A stretch of 64,000 nucleotides of DNA from Patescibacteria group bacterium (GCA_028704945.1 JAQWEL010000003.1:8037-72036); one strand, 5' to 3'; counted from the stretch's first letter, positions 52,680-62,294 are shown. Translations and numbers: made by a program. The notes: generated by a model not told the origin, from the letters alone.

Positions 52680-53057
52680 ATGCGATTAATGCAATTTTTA
52701 ACCAAGTATTCAGGCGTTCAAGGTCTTGACGTTCTGGAAACCGCTAATCCTGCGGATGGAGTAAAAGTTTCTAACGAAGAAATTTTTAAAAGCATTGATC
52801 CTAATCTGGATTATTTATGCACAACGCCAGACTCAATCAATGAGTTTATGAAAAAGTGTTCTCAGTGCATAATTGCCCCGTTGCCAACGTTTTTCTTAGT
52901 AAAGAATACTTATTCCTGGATTAAAGGAAAGTATTTGATTGCCAGAGCAACTTTGACCGGGGCAAGAATTCCGGATATTATTTATCGTGCGCTTGACTCA
53001 GATTGTATATTTCCTGAATCAAGCGGTGGCAGACGCATCGTTGTTCCAACCTTTTGA
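52680..53057 (+). CDS. small cytoplasmic protein, paralog of 49543..50007
   Basis: AGGAGA RBS before the ATG at 52680. It aligns with 49543..50007 through IDPNLDYLCTTPDSINEFMKKC / LNPDLDKLCLTQAQIIAFIEDC, TFFLVK / TFFLFK and RRIVVP / HRLVLV. Confidence 0.5.
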   Translation: MRLMQFLTKYSGVQGLDVLETANPADGVKVSNEEIFKSIDPNLDYLCTTPDSINEFMKKCSQCIIAPLPTFFLVKNTYSWIKGKYLIARATLTGARIPDIIYRALDSDCIFPESSGGRRIVVPTF

Positions 53058-53103
53058 AAGTAATCTAAAAATCCTTTTTAGCTGAATATAGCAAAAAAGG
53101 ATT

Positions 53104-53877
53104 TTATTTTATATCCAAGATAGCCCAACCAACTCCAGCTGGACTTTCATAATTTAATAATTTTGGCTTCATCGACATTTCCTCTAAGGAGCCTAATAAG
53201 ATTAAAGACGTTTTTAAACCACATTCTTTTACTTCTTCAATCAAATTACTGTCTAATTTTATTATTTCTTTGGCTGAGTTAGTTTCAATTGCTTTAATAA
53301 TCCGCTTATCAAACCAGCGGGCTTTAGGATTATAGCCGAGTGGTGAATTTTTGTTTAAACGATGGGACAGGTCGCCCGACGAAATGATTGCAATTCTTTT
53401 TTCATTTTCCCTTGCTAACCGTCCTAATGTCCGACCGAATTGGTAATGTTTTTCTAAGCTTAAATCAGAAGTATAGATTGGCAAAAGTTTGATTTTTTTA
53501 TCCTGGCAGTAGGCTAAGGGAACAGCTGTGCCATAGTCAAGAGTGTGTCCGCTCATGGTTCGGCAATCGTCCGGCACGTCATCAATAATCGTTTTTATTA
53601 AACCAAGCTCTCCCTTAAAAGAAAGGTTTGTTTCTAAGTCGCCAAATTCTTTAAAATCACTAATAAATTCAGTTTCTGTGTTTAAGCCAAAATAATTTTT
53701 AAAGTAAGATCCGTGATGTGATAGAACAATCAAAATATCAGGTTTAGATTGCGCCAAAGAACTAAAAAAATCATTAAGAGCTTTTAGCGTTTTAGAAAAT
53801 TCTTGGGCATGTTGTCTGGCTTGAGCTGGCAACAGGATAGGTGAATGCGGCACAACGCCGGCGTGGACAAAACTCAT
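53104..53877 (-). CDS. LigB/Memo-like class III extradiol dioxygenase-fold protein
   Basis: MSFVHAGVVPHSPILLP, VLSHHGS and IISSGDLSHRL. ATG at 53877 was used, 4 nt after the upstream stop. Confidence 0.6.
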   Translation of the reverse strand: MSFVHAGVVPHSPILLPAQARQHAQEFSKTLKALNDFFSSLAQSKPDILIVLSHHGSYFKNYFGLNTETEFISDFKEFGDLETNLSFKGELGLIKTIIDDVPDDCRTMSGHTLDYGTAVPLAYCQDKKIKLLPIYTSDLSLEKHYQFGRTLGRLARENEKRIAIISSGDLSHRLNKNSPLGYNPKARWFDKRIIKAIETNSAKEIIKLDSNLIEEVKECGLKTSLILLGSLEEMSMKPKLLNYESPAGVGWAILDIK

Positions 53878-53881
53878 ATTT

Positions 53882-55279
53882 TTATTGGGTGGCGCTAACT
53901 GGGCTGCCAATCGGATAGGTTAAGAAAAGTTTTTGTGGTATTTCAATGATATTTTCTTTTTTATAGCCCATATCATTAAATGTATCAGTTGAATCTATCG
54001 GCCTTAAGGCACCAGCTTCAACTATGTAAATACCGAAGCCGCCTTTAATCTTTATCAGCTCGCCATCAGAAAATTTAATTGAACTGACCGTTGGATATTT
54101 ATTCAATTCGGCCGTGCTTACTTTGATAATCTTTTTGTTTTTAAATTTAAGTTTCAGGAATATCGCGTCAGGAATAGGGGCTTTGGTTTTAGCCTCAACC
54201 CAAAATACTCCACCAGTCTTTTTGTCTTGCAATAAAGCCCCAGTCGGATAAGCATCATCAGCCGTAATAGAGGGAGCGTCAAGATAAGATTGCAAGTCTT
54301 CCCAGGAAGCATTAAGTATTTCTTCTGGATTATAACCTAATTTTTTAAAGGCTTCTTTATCGACAAAACCTCTTTTTTTATTATCAACCAACAAGAATAA
54401 TGATCCTGATGGACTTTTGACTATCGCATATTGTGGAAACTTAATCGGAGTGCCAATTGAATAGGAGAGTAAATCAGCTTTGTCGATAGTAACTACTTTA
54501 TTAATATCAAATCTTGAGGTCAAGGCGCCTTTGCTTAAGAAAGCGCGTCTTTTTCCGTCCTGTAAAAGCCAAACGCCTGGTTCGCCGGCAACTTGGACTA
54601 AATTTCCATTAGTATAAGATTTTGAAAAGTAACGGCGCCATAGTTTCCAAAAATTATAATTACCATTATAAACATGAGGGGTATAGTTGTATAAAGCAGC
54701 TGTACCATTATTGGCAATAGTGACATCAACAGTATCTTTAACTGTTGTGGAATAAGGGTTGGTAAAAGTATAGGTTTCGCCTTTTTTAAATTTATATAAC
54801 TGAGGATTATCTAAGTAATCTCTGAATTGCAACGAGGCCGAATTAACTTGTTTCCAAAATCCGCGCCAACGATCATTACAACCACCGCCGTCAGGACAGC
54901 CATAACCGGTGGCCCAATCCAGCGCCGATGTCTTGGGGTTAGAGTCTTCTATTAAACCTTGTTCTTTCTGTAATAGAACTAATAAAAAGCGGGGATTAAC
55001 TTTATTGGTTTGAGCAATATTATAAATTGCTTGGGCAGCTTTCCAATATAAACCATCTTTATCAACGCAAGTAAAATTTGTAAGTCCAGAATTGTGAGCG
55101 CTCAAGAAATTTTGGATTTGCGTCATATCCATTGTATTATAATCAGTAATATCATAATCAGAGATGATATAATTAGGATTAAAATCTGGGTCTGGTTGAG
55201 CGGCTTTGGCTAATATTGGGCTAAAAAATATGATAGCCAAAATTAAAAAATAGGCGCTTGGATAACGAGTTAGTGTCAT
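53882..55279 (-). CDS. secreted protein, possibly cell-wall-hydrolase-like N-terminal domain
   Basis: Signal peptide ending ...ILAKAAQP. RFLLVLLQKEQGL resembles glycoside-hydrolase/lysin segments. The C-terminal part is repeat-like. The functional call is weak. Confidence 0.5.
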   Translation of the reverse strand: MTLTRYPSAYFLILAIIFFSPILAKAAQPDPDFNPNYIISDYDITDYNTMDMTQIQNFLSAHNSGLTNFTCVDKDGLYWKAAQAIYNIAQTNKVNPRFLLVLLQKEQGLIEDSNPKTSALDWATGYGCPDGGGCNDRWRGFWKQVNSASLQFRDYLDNPQLYKFKKGETYTFTNPYSTTVKDTVDVTIANNGTAALYNYTPHVYNGNYNFWKLWRRYFSKSYTNGNLVQVAGEPGVWLLQDGKRRAFLSKGALTSRFDINKVVTIDKADLLSYSIGTPIKFPQYAIVKSPSGSLFLLVDNKKRGFVDKEAFKKLGYNPEEILNASWEDLQSYLDAPSITADDAYPTGALLQDKKTGGVFWVEAKTKAPIPDAIFLKLKFKNKKIIKVSTAELNKYPTVSSIKFSDGELIKIKGGFGIYIVEAGALRPIDSTDTFNDMGYKKENIIEIPQKLFLTYPIGSPVSATQ

Positions 55280-55337
55280 ATATGTATTTTTTCTTTTATA
55301 ATAACAAATTTTTAAAATTTTTCCAATTTATTTATAT

Positions 55338-55349
55338 TGTCATTCCGAA
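55338..55349. repeat. copy 1 of the 12-nt direct repeat TGTCATTCCGAA
   Basis: It is identical to 55456-55467 and is followed by CGAAGC..., the hairpin ATCCGCC-n9-GGCGGAT, and AGCGAAAG. Confidence 0.5.
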
Positions 55350-55455
55350 CGAAGCAATCCGCCTCCGCCAGTTGGCGGATAGCGAAAGCACTCCGCCCAG
55401 GCTGGATCATAATTCATAAAAGTTATCTATGGGTATGTTTTTTAAATACAGTCAG

Positions 55456-55467
55456 TGTCATTCCGAA
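55456..55467. repeat. copy 2 of the 12-nt direct repeat TGTCATTCCGAA
   Basis: It is followed by AGTAGCGTAGCGAAGAGAGGAATCGC. ATTCC...GGAAT can pair. Confidence 0.5.
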
Positions 55468-55500
55468 AGTAGCGTAGCGAAGAGAGGAATCGCTCTTATT

Positions 55501-55530
55501 AAAACAAGCTCCAATAATGAAGCTTGTTTT
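55501..55530 (-). terminator. clpB intrinsic terminator
   Basis: AAAACAAGCT-ccaataatga-AGCTTGTTTT, 17 nt downstream of the clpB stop. Confidence 0.7.
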
Positions 55531-55546
55531 AGTATATGGAAATATT

Positions 55547-58204
55547 TTATTTAACCGCCATTTCAATCTTGCCGGCTAAGCCGAGATTGATTACCACTTG
55601 ATCGCCTTCTTTAATTTTTCCTTCAATTATGTCCATGGCTAATTCGTCCAAAATAAATTCTTGAATTTTCCGCTTTAACGGCCTAGCGCCAAAGGTTTGA
55701 TCGTAGCCTTTATCAGTTAACATCTCTTTAACCTTTTTAGCGATTTTAATCTTAATATCTTTATTCTTTAAGCGACTTTCAACTTTAGTTAACTCAAGAT
55801 CGACAATAGCTGCTAAGTCTTCTTTTGATAAGCTTTTAAAAACAACTGTTTCATCGATACGATTTAAAAATTCAAGTTTGAAATGCTGTCTAAGCGTCTT
55901 ATTAATTTTATCTTTCATTTCTTCAGCCTTAGTTTCAGCTACCTTTTTTTTGTCAGTTGTGTCAGCAAAGCCAATGGAATAATCTTGGATAATCTGATTA
56001 CCAAGGTTAGAAGTCATAATGATGATGGTGTTCTTAAAATTGACAGTTCGTCCCTTTGAATCAGTCAGTTGGCCGTCATCTAAGATTTGTAAGAGTATAT
56101 TAAAGACTTCTGGATGAGCTTTTTCTATTTCATCAAACAGAATAACACTGTATGGTTTACGGCGAATTTTATCAGTCAGCTGTCCACCTTCGTCATGTCC
56201 AATATAGCCAGGCGGTGAGCCGATTAATTTAGCCACCGAATGTTTTTCCATAAATTCGCTCATGTCGACACGAACTAAAGATTGTTCGTCATTAAACATA
56301 AAAGCGGCAATAGCTTTAGCTAATTCAGTCTTGCCGACTCCGGTCGGACCGACAAACATAAATGAGCCAATCGGCTTATTTTCTTCACCGATGCCGGCTC
56401 GGCTTCGTCTGATGGCATTAGAAACGGCTTTAATAGCGTCAGCTTGTCCAACAATACGTTGGCTTAGCTCGTTTTCCAGCCTAGCTAATTTTTTAAGTTC
56501 AGATTCCAACATTTTAGTGACTGGAATGCCAGTCCATTTAGCTATTACTTTAGCAATGTCTTCAGCGGTTATTTCTTCTTTTAATATTTTTTGACCGTTA
56601 GATTGCAGTTTGGAAAGTTCTGCTTCAAATTCTTTGATACTTTTTTGCAATTCTGGGATGCGTCCATAGCGTATTTCGGCCACCTTAGCCAAGTCTTCGC
56701 CGTCTCGTTCAGAGATTTCTGCTGTTGCTTTTAATTTATCAATCTGTTGTTTATGATCGCGAATTTTAGCAATTACTGCTTTTTCATTCTGCCAATGCAA
56801 ATCAAGCTGATAAGTTTTTTCTTTTATTTTAGACAGCTTGGAATTGACGGTACGCAGCTTAGCTGATGCTTTCTTTTGCTCCAATTCAGAATTAGCCGAC
56901 TTTAATTCTTGCTCAACGCCAGCTTTGGCAATTTCCATACGACGCAATTCACGTTTTAAGGCATCAAGCTCGTCTGGACAGGAATCTATTTCCATTCGTA
57001 GCGAGGAGCAAGCTTCATCCATTAAATCAACTGCTTTGTCTGGCAGAAAACGATCGCTAATATAACGATGCGATAAAGTTACGGCTGCCAATAGAGCCGA
57101 ATCAGTTATTTTGACACCATGATGAACCTCATATTTTTCCTTGATGCCACGCATAATGTCAGTAGCATCTTCTAAAGATGGTTCAGACACATAAACTGGC
57201 TGAAAACGTCTTTCCAGGGCCGAATCTTTCTCAATGTGTTGCTGATATTCTTTAGTGGTGGTAGCGCCAATGGTGATAATTTCTCCGCGGGCTAAGGCCG
57301 GTTTAAGCATGTTCGAAGCATCCATTGCTCCATCAGAAGCGCCAGCCCCGACAATAGTGTGTAACTCATCGATAAATAATATTATTTTTCCTTCAGAAGC
57401 TTTAATTTCTTTTAAGACGGCTTTTAGGCGTTCTTCAAATTCGCCTCTGAATTTTGTTCCGGCAATCAAGGCACCTAAATCTAAGCTGACTAAGGTTTTG
57501 TTCTTTAAAGTTTCTGGAATATCGCCAGCAATAATCCTTTGAGCTAAGCCTTCAACGATAGCTGTCTTGCCTGTGCCGGCTTCACCAATAAGGACAGGAT
57601 TATTCTTAAGACGACGCGACAAGACTTGCATTATTCTTCTAATTTCTTCATCGCGGCCGATAACAGGATCTAATTTTCCTGTTTCCGCCAATTTGGTTAA
57701 GTTGATAGTATATTTTTCCAAGACACGAAATTTATTTTCTGGAGTGGCTGAGTCAATATTGGTGTTGCCACGCAAATCTTTCAAAACTAAAAGAGTCTGG
57801 TCATAGTCAATGCCAAAACCAGCTAAAATATTTTTAGCTTTAGTTTTAATTTCTAATGAGGCTAACAGGATGTGTTCAGTGGAAATAAATTCATCACCCA
57901 TCTTAGCTGCTTCGTTAGTCGAAGCGGTCATGATATCAGCCATTTCAGAGGTGCCTTGAATCATGCCTAAACTGACTTCAACTTTTATTTTAGGCAGTTT
58001 TTCTATTTCATTTTCACATTTTTCAATCACGATTTCAGGGTGAATCTTAAAGTGTTCCAAAATAGAACGCACAATGCTATCGGGTTGTTCAATTAAAGCA
58101 ACCAGCATGTGCAGAGAACCGATATGTTGTTGGCCGAATTCTTGAGCGACTATTTGAGCGCTTATAATAGCTTCTTGAGCTTTGTTAGTAAATTTATCCA
58201 TCAT
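55547..58204 (-). CDS. clpB: ClpB disaggregase (Hsp100, two AAA+ modules plus M-domain)
   Basis: 885 aa with [31 protein letters not shown], a long coiled-coil M-domain, [26 protein letters not shown] and GARPLKR. Confidence 0.95.
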   Translation of the reverse strand: MMDKFTNKAQEAIISAQIVAQEFGQQHIGSLHMLVALIEQPDSIVRSILEHFKIHPEIVIEKCENEIEKLPKIKVEVSLGMIQGTSEMADIMTASTNEAAKMGDEFISTEHILLASLEIKTKAKNILAGFGIDYDQTLLVLKDLRGNTNIDSATPENKFRVLEKYTINLTKLAETGKLDPVIGRDEEIRRIMQVLSRRLKNNPVLIGEAGTGKTAIVEGLAQRIIAGDIPETLKNKTLVSLDLGALIAGTKFRGEFEERLKAVLKEIKASEGKIILFIDELHTIVGAGASDGAMDASNMLKPALARGEIITIGATTTKEYQQHIEKDSALERRFQPVYVSEPSLEDATDIMRGIKEKYEVHHGVKITDSALLAAVTLSHRYISDRFLPDKAVDLMDEACSSLRMEIDSCPDELDALKRELRRMEIAKAGVEQELKSANSELEQKKASAKLRTVNSKLSKIKEKTYQLDLHWQNEKAVIAKIRDHKQQIDKLKATAEISERDGEDLAKVAEIRYGRIPELQKSIKEFEAELSKLQSNGQKILKEEITAEDIAKVIAKWTGIPVTKMLESELKKLARLENELSQRIVGQADAIKAVSNAIRRSRAGIGEENKPIGSFMFVGPTGVGKTELAKAIAAFMFNDEQSLVRVDMSEFMEKHSVAKLIGSPPGYIGHDEGGQLTDKIRRKPYSVILFDEIEKAHPEVFNILLQILDDGQLTDSKGRTVNFKNTIIIMTSNLGNQIIQDYSIGFADTTDKKKVAETKAEEMKDKINKTLRQHFKLEFLNRIDETVVFKSLSKEDLAAIVDLELTKVESRLKNKDIKIKIAKKVKEMLTDKGYDQTFGARPLKRKIQEFILDELAMDIIEGKIKEGDQVVINLGLAGKIEMAVK

Positions 58205-58208
58205 ATAT

Positions 58209-58235
58209 TTAGCAGTCTTATATTGAGAGTGCTAA
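58209..58235. promoter_or_regulatory. CIRCE element (HrcA operator)
   Basis: TTAGCAGTC-ttatattga-GAGTGCTAA versus the consensus TTAGCACTC-N9-GAGTGCTAA (one mismatch). It lies 5 nt upstream of the clpB start codon. Confidence 0.8.
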
Positions 58236-58238
58236 ATA

Positions 58239-58267
58239 AATATACAATATGAATAATTGAGTGTCAA
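58239..58267 (-). promoter_or_regulatory. clpB sigma70-type promoter
   Basis: The minus strand reads TTGACA (58267-58262), a 17-nt spacer, then TATATT (58244-58239). The predicted TSS falls inside CIRCE. Confidence 0.55.
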
Positions 58268-58349
58268 ATTTGACAGATCTTGTTAAATTAAGTAAAAATT
58301 GATGCAACCATATTTTGCTTATTTTATTAATTTTGTATAATATAGTTAT

Positions 58350-59513
58350 ATGAAAACCGTTAGTTTAATGGGAATAAAAATTGCCGTAGCTTCAAGAGAC
58401 GAACTGTTAAAGCAAATTTTTGGTTTTTTGGAGACAGCCGGCACTAAGCAGATTTCAACTGTTAACCCAGAATTTTTATTATTAGCGGAAAAAGATTTTT
58501 TCTTTAAAAAGACTTTAGAGCAAGTTGACTTAGTTTTGCCGGATGGCTTTGGTTTAGTCCTAATGGCTTTTTTAAAGAAAGTTAAATTGAGTCGCTTAAG
58601 CGGAGCAGATTTAGTTCCTTTGCTATTAAAACAAGCCGAGCAACATGATTTTAAAGTGGCCATCATTAATCGAGAAGACAGCTTATCTACTAATGATGAT
58701 ATTAATCAAGCTTTAACCAAAGAATTTCCGCAATTAAATTTTAGGGTTTTTGTAGCTGATGACAAAGGAAGCTTAGATCTTGATTATGATAGCTACAACC
58801 CAACTATTTCATTAATTGCCTTAGGCGCGCCACAGCAAGAAAAATTAGCCGCGCAATTAAAAGAAAAGGGCGGCGAATTAAAGATTGTGATGGGTGTTGG
58901 TGGCAGTTTTGATTTTATAACTAACCGGATTAAAAGAGCTCCGAAAATTTTGCGGCAGTTAGGCTTTGAGTGGTTGTGGAGATTATCAATGGAGCCGGCT
59001 TTTAGATTTAAAAGAATTTTTAAGGCCGTTATCGTTTTTCCGTTAACGTGTTTTAAATACGAATTTATTAATCGACATTTTTATCGTCCTAACGTGGTCG
59101 GTTTCATCATTAACAGAATTAATAAAGTTTTAATAGTAAATTCCAACAAAGAACCAGGCCGAGATTTTTGGAAACTGCCTCAAGGCGGACGAGATTTTTT
59201 GGAGTCAGCTAAGGCGGCTTTCAGACGGGAAATGAGAGAGGAGCTTAATCTTAATGGTTTAAAGATTATCGGTTTTAAAAAAGATGCTTATCGTTATATT
59301 TGGCCAGAAGGTTATTCGATTAAGGGCTTTAAAGGACAAAAACAAACTTTGTTTATAGCTAAGCTGCCTGAGTTTGAGCCGATTATTTTAGACGAAGAAA
59401 ATAAGGATTTTGCTTGGGTTAAGATTGATGATTTATTGGAAGCGGTTGATCCGGTTGTCCATCCAGCTTATAAAATATTTTTAGAAGAATATAAAAAAAT
59501 AAGATATGAATAA
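58350..59513 (+). CDS. WecB/TagA/CpsF-family glycosyltransferase fused to a C-terminal Nudix hydrolase domain
   Basis: N-terminal part: STVNPEFLLLA, DLVLPDGFGLV, ALGAPQQEKL and GVGGSFDFITNRIKRAPKILRQLGFEWLWRL. C-terminal part from about 59082: Nudix box GGRDFLESAKAAFRREMREELNL (G-x5-E-x7-REUxEE). Confidence 0.8.
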   Translation: MKTVSLMGIKIAVASRDELLKQIFGFLETAGTKQISTVNPEFLLLAEKDFFFKKTLEQVDLVLPDGFGLVLMAFLKKVKLSRLSGADLVPLLLKQAEQHDFKVAIINREDSLSTNDDINQALTKEFPQLNFRVFVADDKGSLDLDYDSYNPTISLIALGAPQQEKLAAQLKEKGGELKIVMGVGGSFDFITNRIKRAPKILRQLGFEWLWRLSMEPAFRFKRIFKAVIVFPLTCFKYEFINRHFYRPNVVGFIINRINKVLIVNSNKEPGRDFWKLPQGGRDFLESAKAAFRREMREELNLNGLKIIGFKKDAYRYIWPEGYSIKGFKGQKQTLFIAKLPEFEPIILDEENKDFAWVKIDDLLEAVDPVVHPAYKIFLEEYKKIRYE

Positions 59514-60969
59514 GATTAGATTAAGATTAGCGCCAAGTCCGACTGGCTTTTTGCATATCGGCAATTTACGCACGGCTTTATTCGGTTATTTATTAGCTAA
59601 GTCACAAAACGGTGACTTTATTTTACGTATCGAAGATACTGACGAAAAAAGAGAAGTCGAGGGGGCGGTTGAAAGCTTGATAAAAATTTTAGATTGGGTT
59701 GATATAAAATTTGATGAAGGTCCTCACTTGGGCGGCCCTTGCGCGCCTTATATCCAAACTGAACGTTTAGCTATTTATAAGGACTATGCTGAACAATTAC
59801 TAAAGTCTGGCGGCGCTTATCGTTGTTTTTGTTCAGCTGAGAGATTGACGACTATGCGCGAAGAACAGGCTGCCGCTAAGCTCGCGCCTCGCTACGACAG
59901 ACATTGTCGGGATTTAAGTCAGACAGAATCAGATCAAAGAGCTGCTTCAGGCGAAGCTTTTGTTATTCGCCAAAAAATGCCCATCGAAGGCGAAGTAATT
60001 GTTTATGATGAATTACGCGGGGAGATAAAATTTAAAGCTGCTGACTTGGAGGATCATGTTTTGATAAAATCTAATGGCGTACCCACTTATCAATTTGCCA
60101 GCGTTATCGATGACCACTTAATGGCTATTAGTCATGTTACTCGGGGAGAAGAATGGCTGCCAAGTTATCCGAAGAATTTTTTGTTATACCAAGCTTTTGG
60201 TTGGGAAGTACCTAAATTTATCCACTTACCATTAATTCTTAATAAGGGTGGCGGTAAATTGTCTAAGCGTCAGGGCGATGTTTTTGTCGAAGATTATAAG
60301 AGTAAGGGTTATTTGCCTGAAGCCTTGGTTAATTTTTGTGTTTTGCTCGGTTGGCATCCTAAAACCGACCAAGAAATTTTTACGCTCGATGAACTGATTA
60401 AAAGTTTTTCTTTTGAAGGTATGGGCATCAGCCCGGCAGTGTTTGATGTTGAAAAGTTGGATTATTTAAATGGTTATTGGATTAGACAGAAGGCCACTAA
60501 AGAATTAGTCGAATTAATCAAGCCTTATTTGTCTAATTATTTGGCTGATGCTCAAGGGTTTAAAAAAACTGATGATTTTTTAATGAACATTGCTTGGTTG
60601 GAACAAGAAAGATTAAAAAAATTATCCGATATAACCGACAGAGTCGCTTATTTATTTGCTGATAAAATCGATTATGAATCAGATTTGCTAATTTGGAAAA
60701 ATTTAACCCTGAAAGAAGCGCAGGCTAACTTAATTGAAATAAAAGAAAAATTATTATTGATTTCTGAGAACGATTGGAATAAAGATTTTATAGAAAAAAA
60801 TATTATTGAATGGTTGAAAGCTAACAATAAAAAAGTCGGGGATTATCTTTGGCCGTTAAGAGTAGCTTTGTCTGGCCAAAAAAATAGCGCCGGACCATTT
60901 GAAATTTTAACTGTTTTGAAAAAGACAGAGAGTTTGCAAAGGCTTGATAGCGCTATAAATAAAAAGTAG
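59506..60969 (+). CDS. gltX: glutamyl-tRNA synthetase
   Basis: RLAPSPTGFLHIGNLRTALF (HIGH) and KLSKRQG (KMSKS). It overlaps the upstream gene by 8 nt. Confidence 0.95.
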   Translation: MNKIRLRLAPSPTGFLHIGNLRTALFGYLLAKSQNGDFILRIEDTDEKREVEGAVESLIKILDWVDIKFDEGPHLGGPCAPYIQTERLAIYKDYAEQLLKSGGAYRCFCSAERLTTMREEQAAAKLAPRYDRHCRDLSQTESDQRAASGEAFVIRQKMPIEGEVIVYDELRGEIKFKAADLEDHVLIKSNGVPTYQFASVIDDHLMAISHVTRGEEWLPSYPKNFLLYQAFGWEVPKFIHLPLILNKGGGKLSKRQGDVFVEDYKSKGYLPEALVNFCVLLGWHPKTDQEIFTLDELIKSFSFEGMGISPAVFDVEKLDYLNGYWIRQKATKELVELIKPYLSNYLADAQGFKKTDDFLMNIAWLEQERLKKLSDITDRVAYLFADKIDYESDLLIWKNLTLKEAQANLIEIKEKLLLISENDWNKDFIEKNIIEWLKANNKKVGDYLWPLRVALSGQKNSAGPFEILTVLKKTESLQRLDSAINKK

Positions 60970-61062
60970 TTTGTTGAATTTTTGGCTATTAGTTTTTTTA
61001 AAAATATGTTATAATAAAAGTGGATAACTTATTTTTAAAAAATATAGTAAATTAAATTTCGT

Positions 61063-61257
61063 ATGGCTACTAAAAAATTGTCAAAAAATCCAATTCAAAA
61101 CACGATGATTGCTAAAGAATTTGTGTCTTCCGAAAAGAATCAATATGCTTACAGTCTCGGCAATCTTATTGCTAGCTCCTTTAGCGGTTTCATTGCCGGT
61201 TTAATCGTCACTTGTTTGATTTGGATTGTGGTTATCAATGTTTATTTTATCAGCTAA
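61063..61257 (+). CDS. small membrane protein (hypothetical)
   Basis: 64 aa with one C-terminal TM helix. An extended -10 TGtTATAAT lies at 61007-61015. Confidence 0.4.
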   Translation: MATKKLSKNPIQNTMIAKEFVSSEKNQYAYSLGNLIASSFSGFIAGLIVTCLIWIVVINVYFIS

Positions 61258-61404
61258 TTAAAGAATTAATTAGCTGGAAGTAGAATTTAAAATTTTATTG
61301 TTATAAATAAAAACGTCTTTTTAATGGCGTTTTTATTGTTTTTTGTTTAATGTAAGCCTAAAAAATTAAATTTATTTAAGTTTAGCTAAAAGTGCAACTA
61401 AAGA

Positions 61405-61433
61405 TTGACAAAATAGTTAAAAAATGCTAATAT
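61405..61433 (+). promoter_or_regulatory. sigma70-type promoter for the Wzz-like gene
   Basis: TTGACA 61405-61410, a 17-nt spacer ending in TGC, then TAATAT 61428-61433. Confidence 0.5.
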
Positions 61434-61459
61434 TTTATATTAAATTTTTTATTAATTAT

Positions 61460-62260
61460 ATGGAACTACATAATTTTTTAAATGAATTATTTGCTAAGAA
61501 AAACAAAGTTTTAGCTATTATGGCTATCTTTGTCGGTTTGGGTTTAGTTTTTTCTTTAGCTCAACCTCTAAAATATCGTTCAACTGTTAGATTGTTAGTT
61601 GTTCAAAAGCAACTTCCAGGCAATAATTCAGATGCTTATGCCATGATGAGATCAAGCGAATATATCGGCAAGATTTTATCTAAGGTGGTCGATTCAACTT
61701 CTTTTGCTGAAAAAGTTTTTTTGGTTTCCAATGATATCGACCGCTCTTATTTTGGTGATGATGCTAAAAAATTATCTAAAAAATGGAGCAATACTATTGA
61801 AGCTAAGTCTTTGAATGAAACCGGTATTATTGAAGTTAGCGCTTATCACACCGATAAACTGCAAGCTGAAAAAATAGTCCGCGCCATTAGCGCTATTATG
61901 ATCGCTAATCATGCTGAATATCATGGTTTAAATGACGCCGTAGAAATAAAACTTTTAGATAAACCGATTACCACTAATTATCCGGTTAAACCTAATTTAG
62001 CCGTTAATGTCGTCTTGGCTTTTTTTGCCGGCTTATTTACCAGTTTAGCTTGGATTTATTTGAATAATAACAATAAACATAACAACAATGATTACCGCAG
62101 TAATTTTGATCTGTTTGAAGAAGATTATGGCCAAATCGGCGGCGCTATGGCTGTTGAGCAAAAAGTAGCTTATCCCGGGGCCAACAACCCAGACAGCACC
62201 CATGATTCTTTATCCCTATCAGATGAAGTAGCCAATCGGCTTTTAAACCATAGATTTTAA
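61460..62260 (+). CDS. Wzz-like polysaccharide chain-length determinant protein
   Basis: N-terminal TM (VLAIMAIFVGLGLVFSL) followed by PLKYRSTVRLLV, and a C-terminal TM (VVLAFFAGLFTSLAWIYL). ATG at 61460 was used because the ORF-track start at 61424 lies inside the promoter. Confidence 0.6.
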   Translation: MELHNFLNELFAKKNKVLAIMAIFVGLGLVFSLAQPLKYRSTVRLLVVQKQLPGNNSDAYAMMRSSEYIGKILSKVVDSTSFAEKVFLVSNDIDRSYFGDDAKKLSKKWSNTIEAKSLNETGIIEVSAYHTDKLQAEKIVRAISAIMIANHAEYHGLNDAVEIKLLDKPITTNYPVKPNLAVNVVLAFFAGLFTSLAWIYLNNNNKHNNNDYRSNFDLFEEDYGQIGGAMAVEQKVAYPGANNPDSTHDSLSLSDEVANRLLNHRF

Positions 62261-62294
62261 GAGATTATTGCCTTTTTAAGCTGGCTTTTAAAAC

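Noticed and set aside
61424-61459. The ORF-track start codon at 61424 for the Wzz-like gene. The same applies to 49429 for the minus-strand gene and 11741 for ybaB.
   Set aside because: These upstream starts fall inside predicted -35/-10 elements or inside the neighbouring gene. Downstream ATGs give N-termini that match the family or have an RBS.
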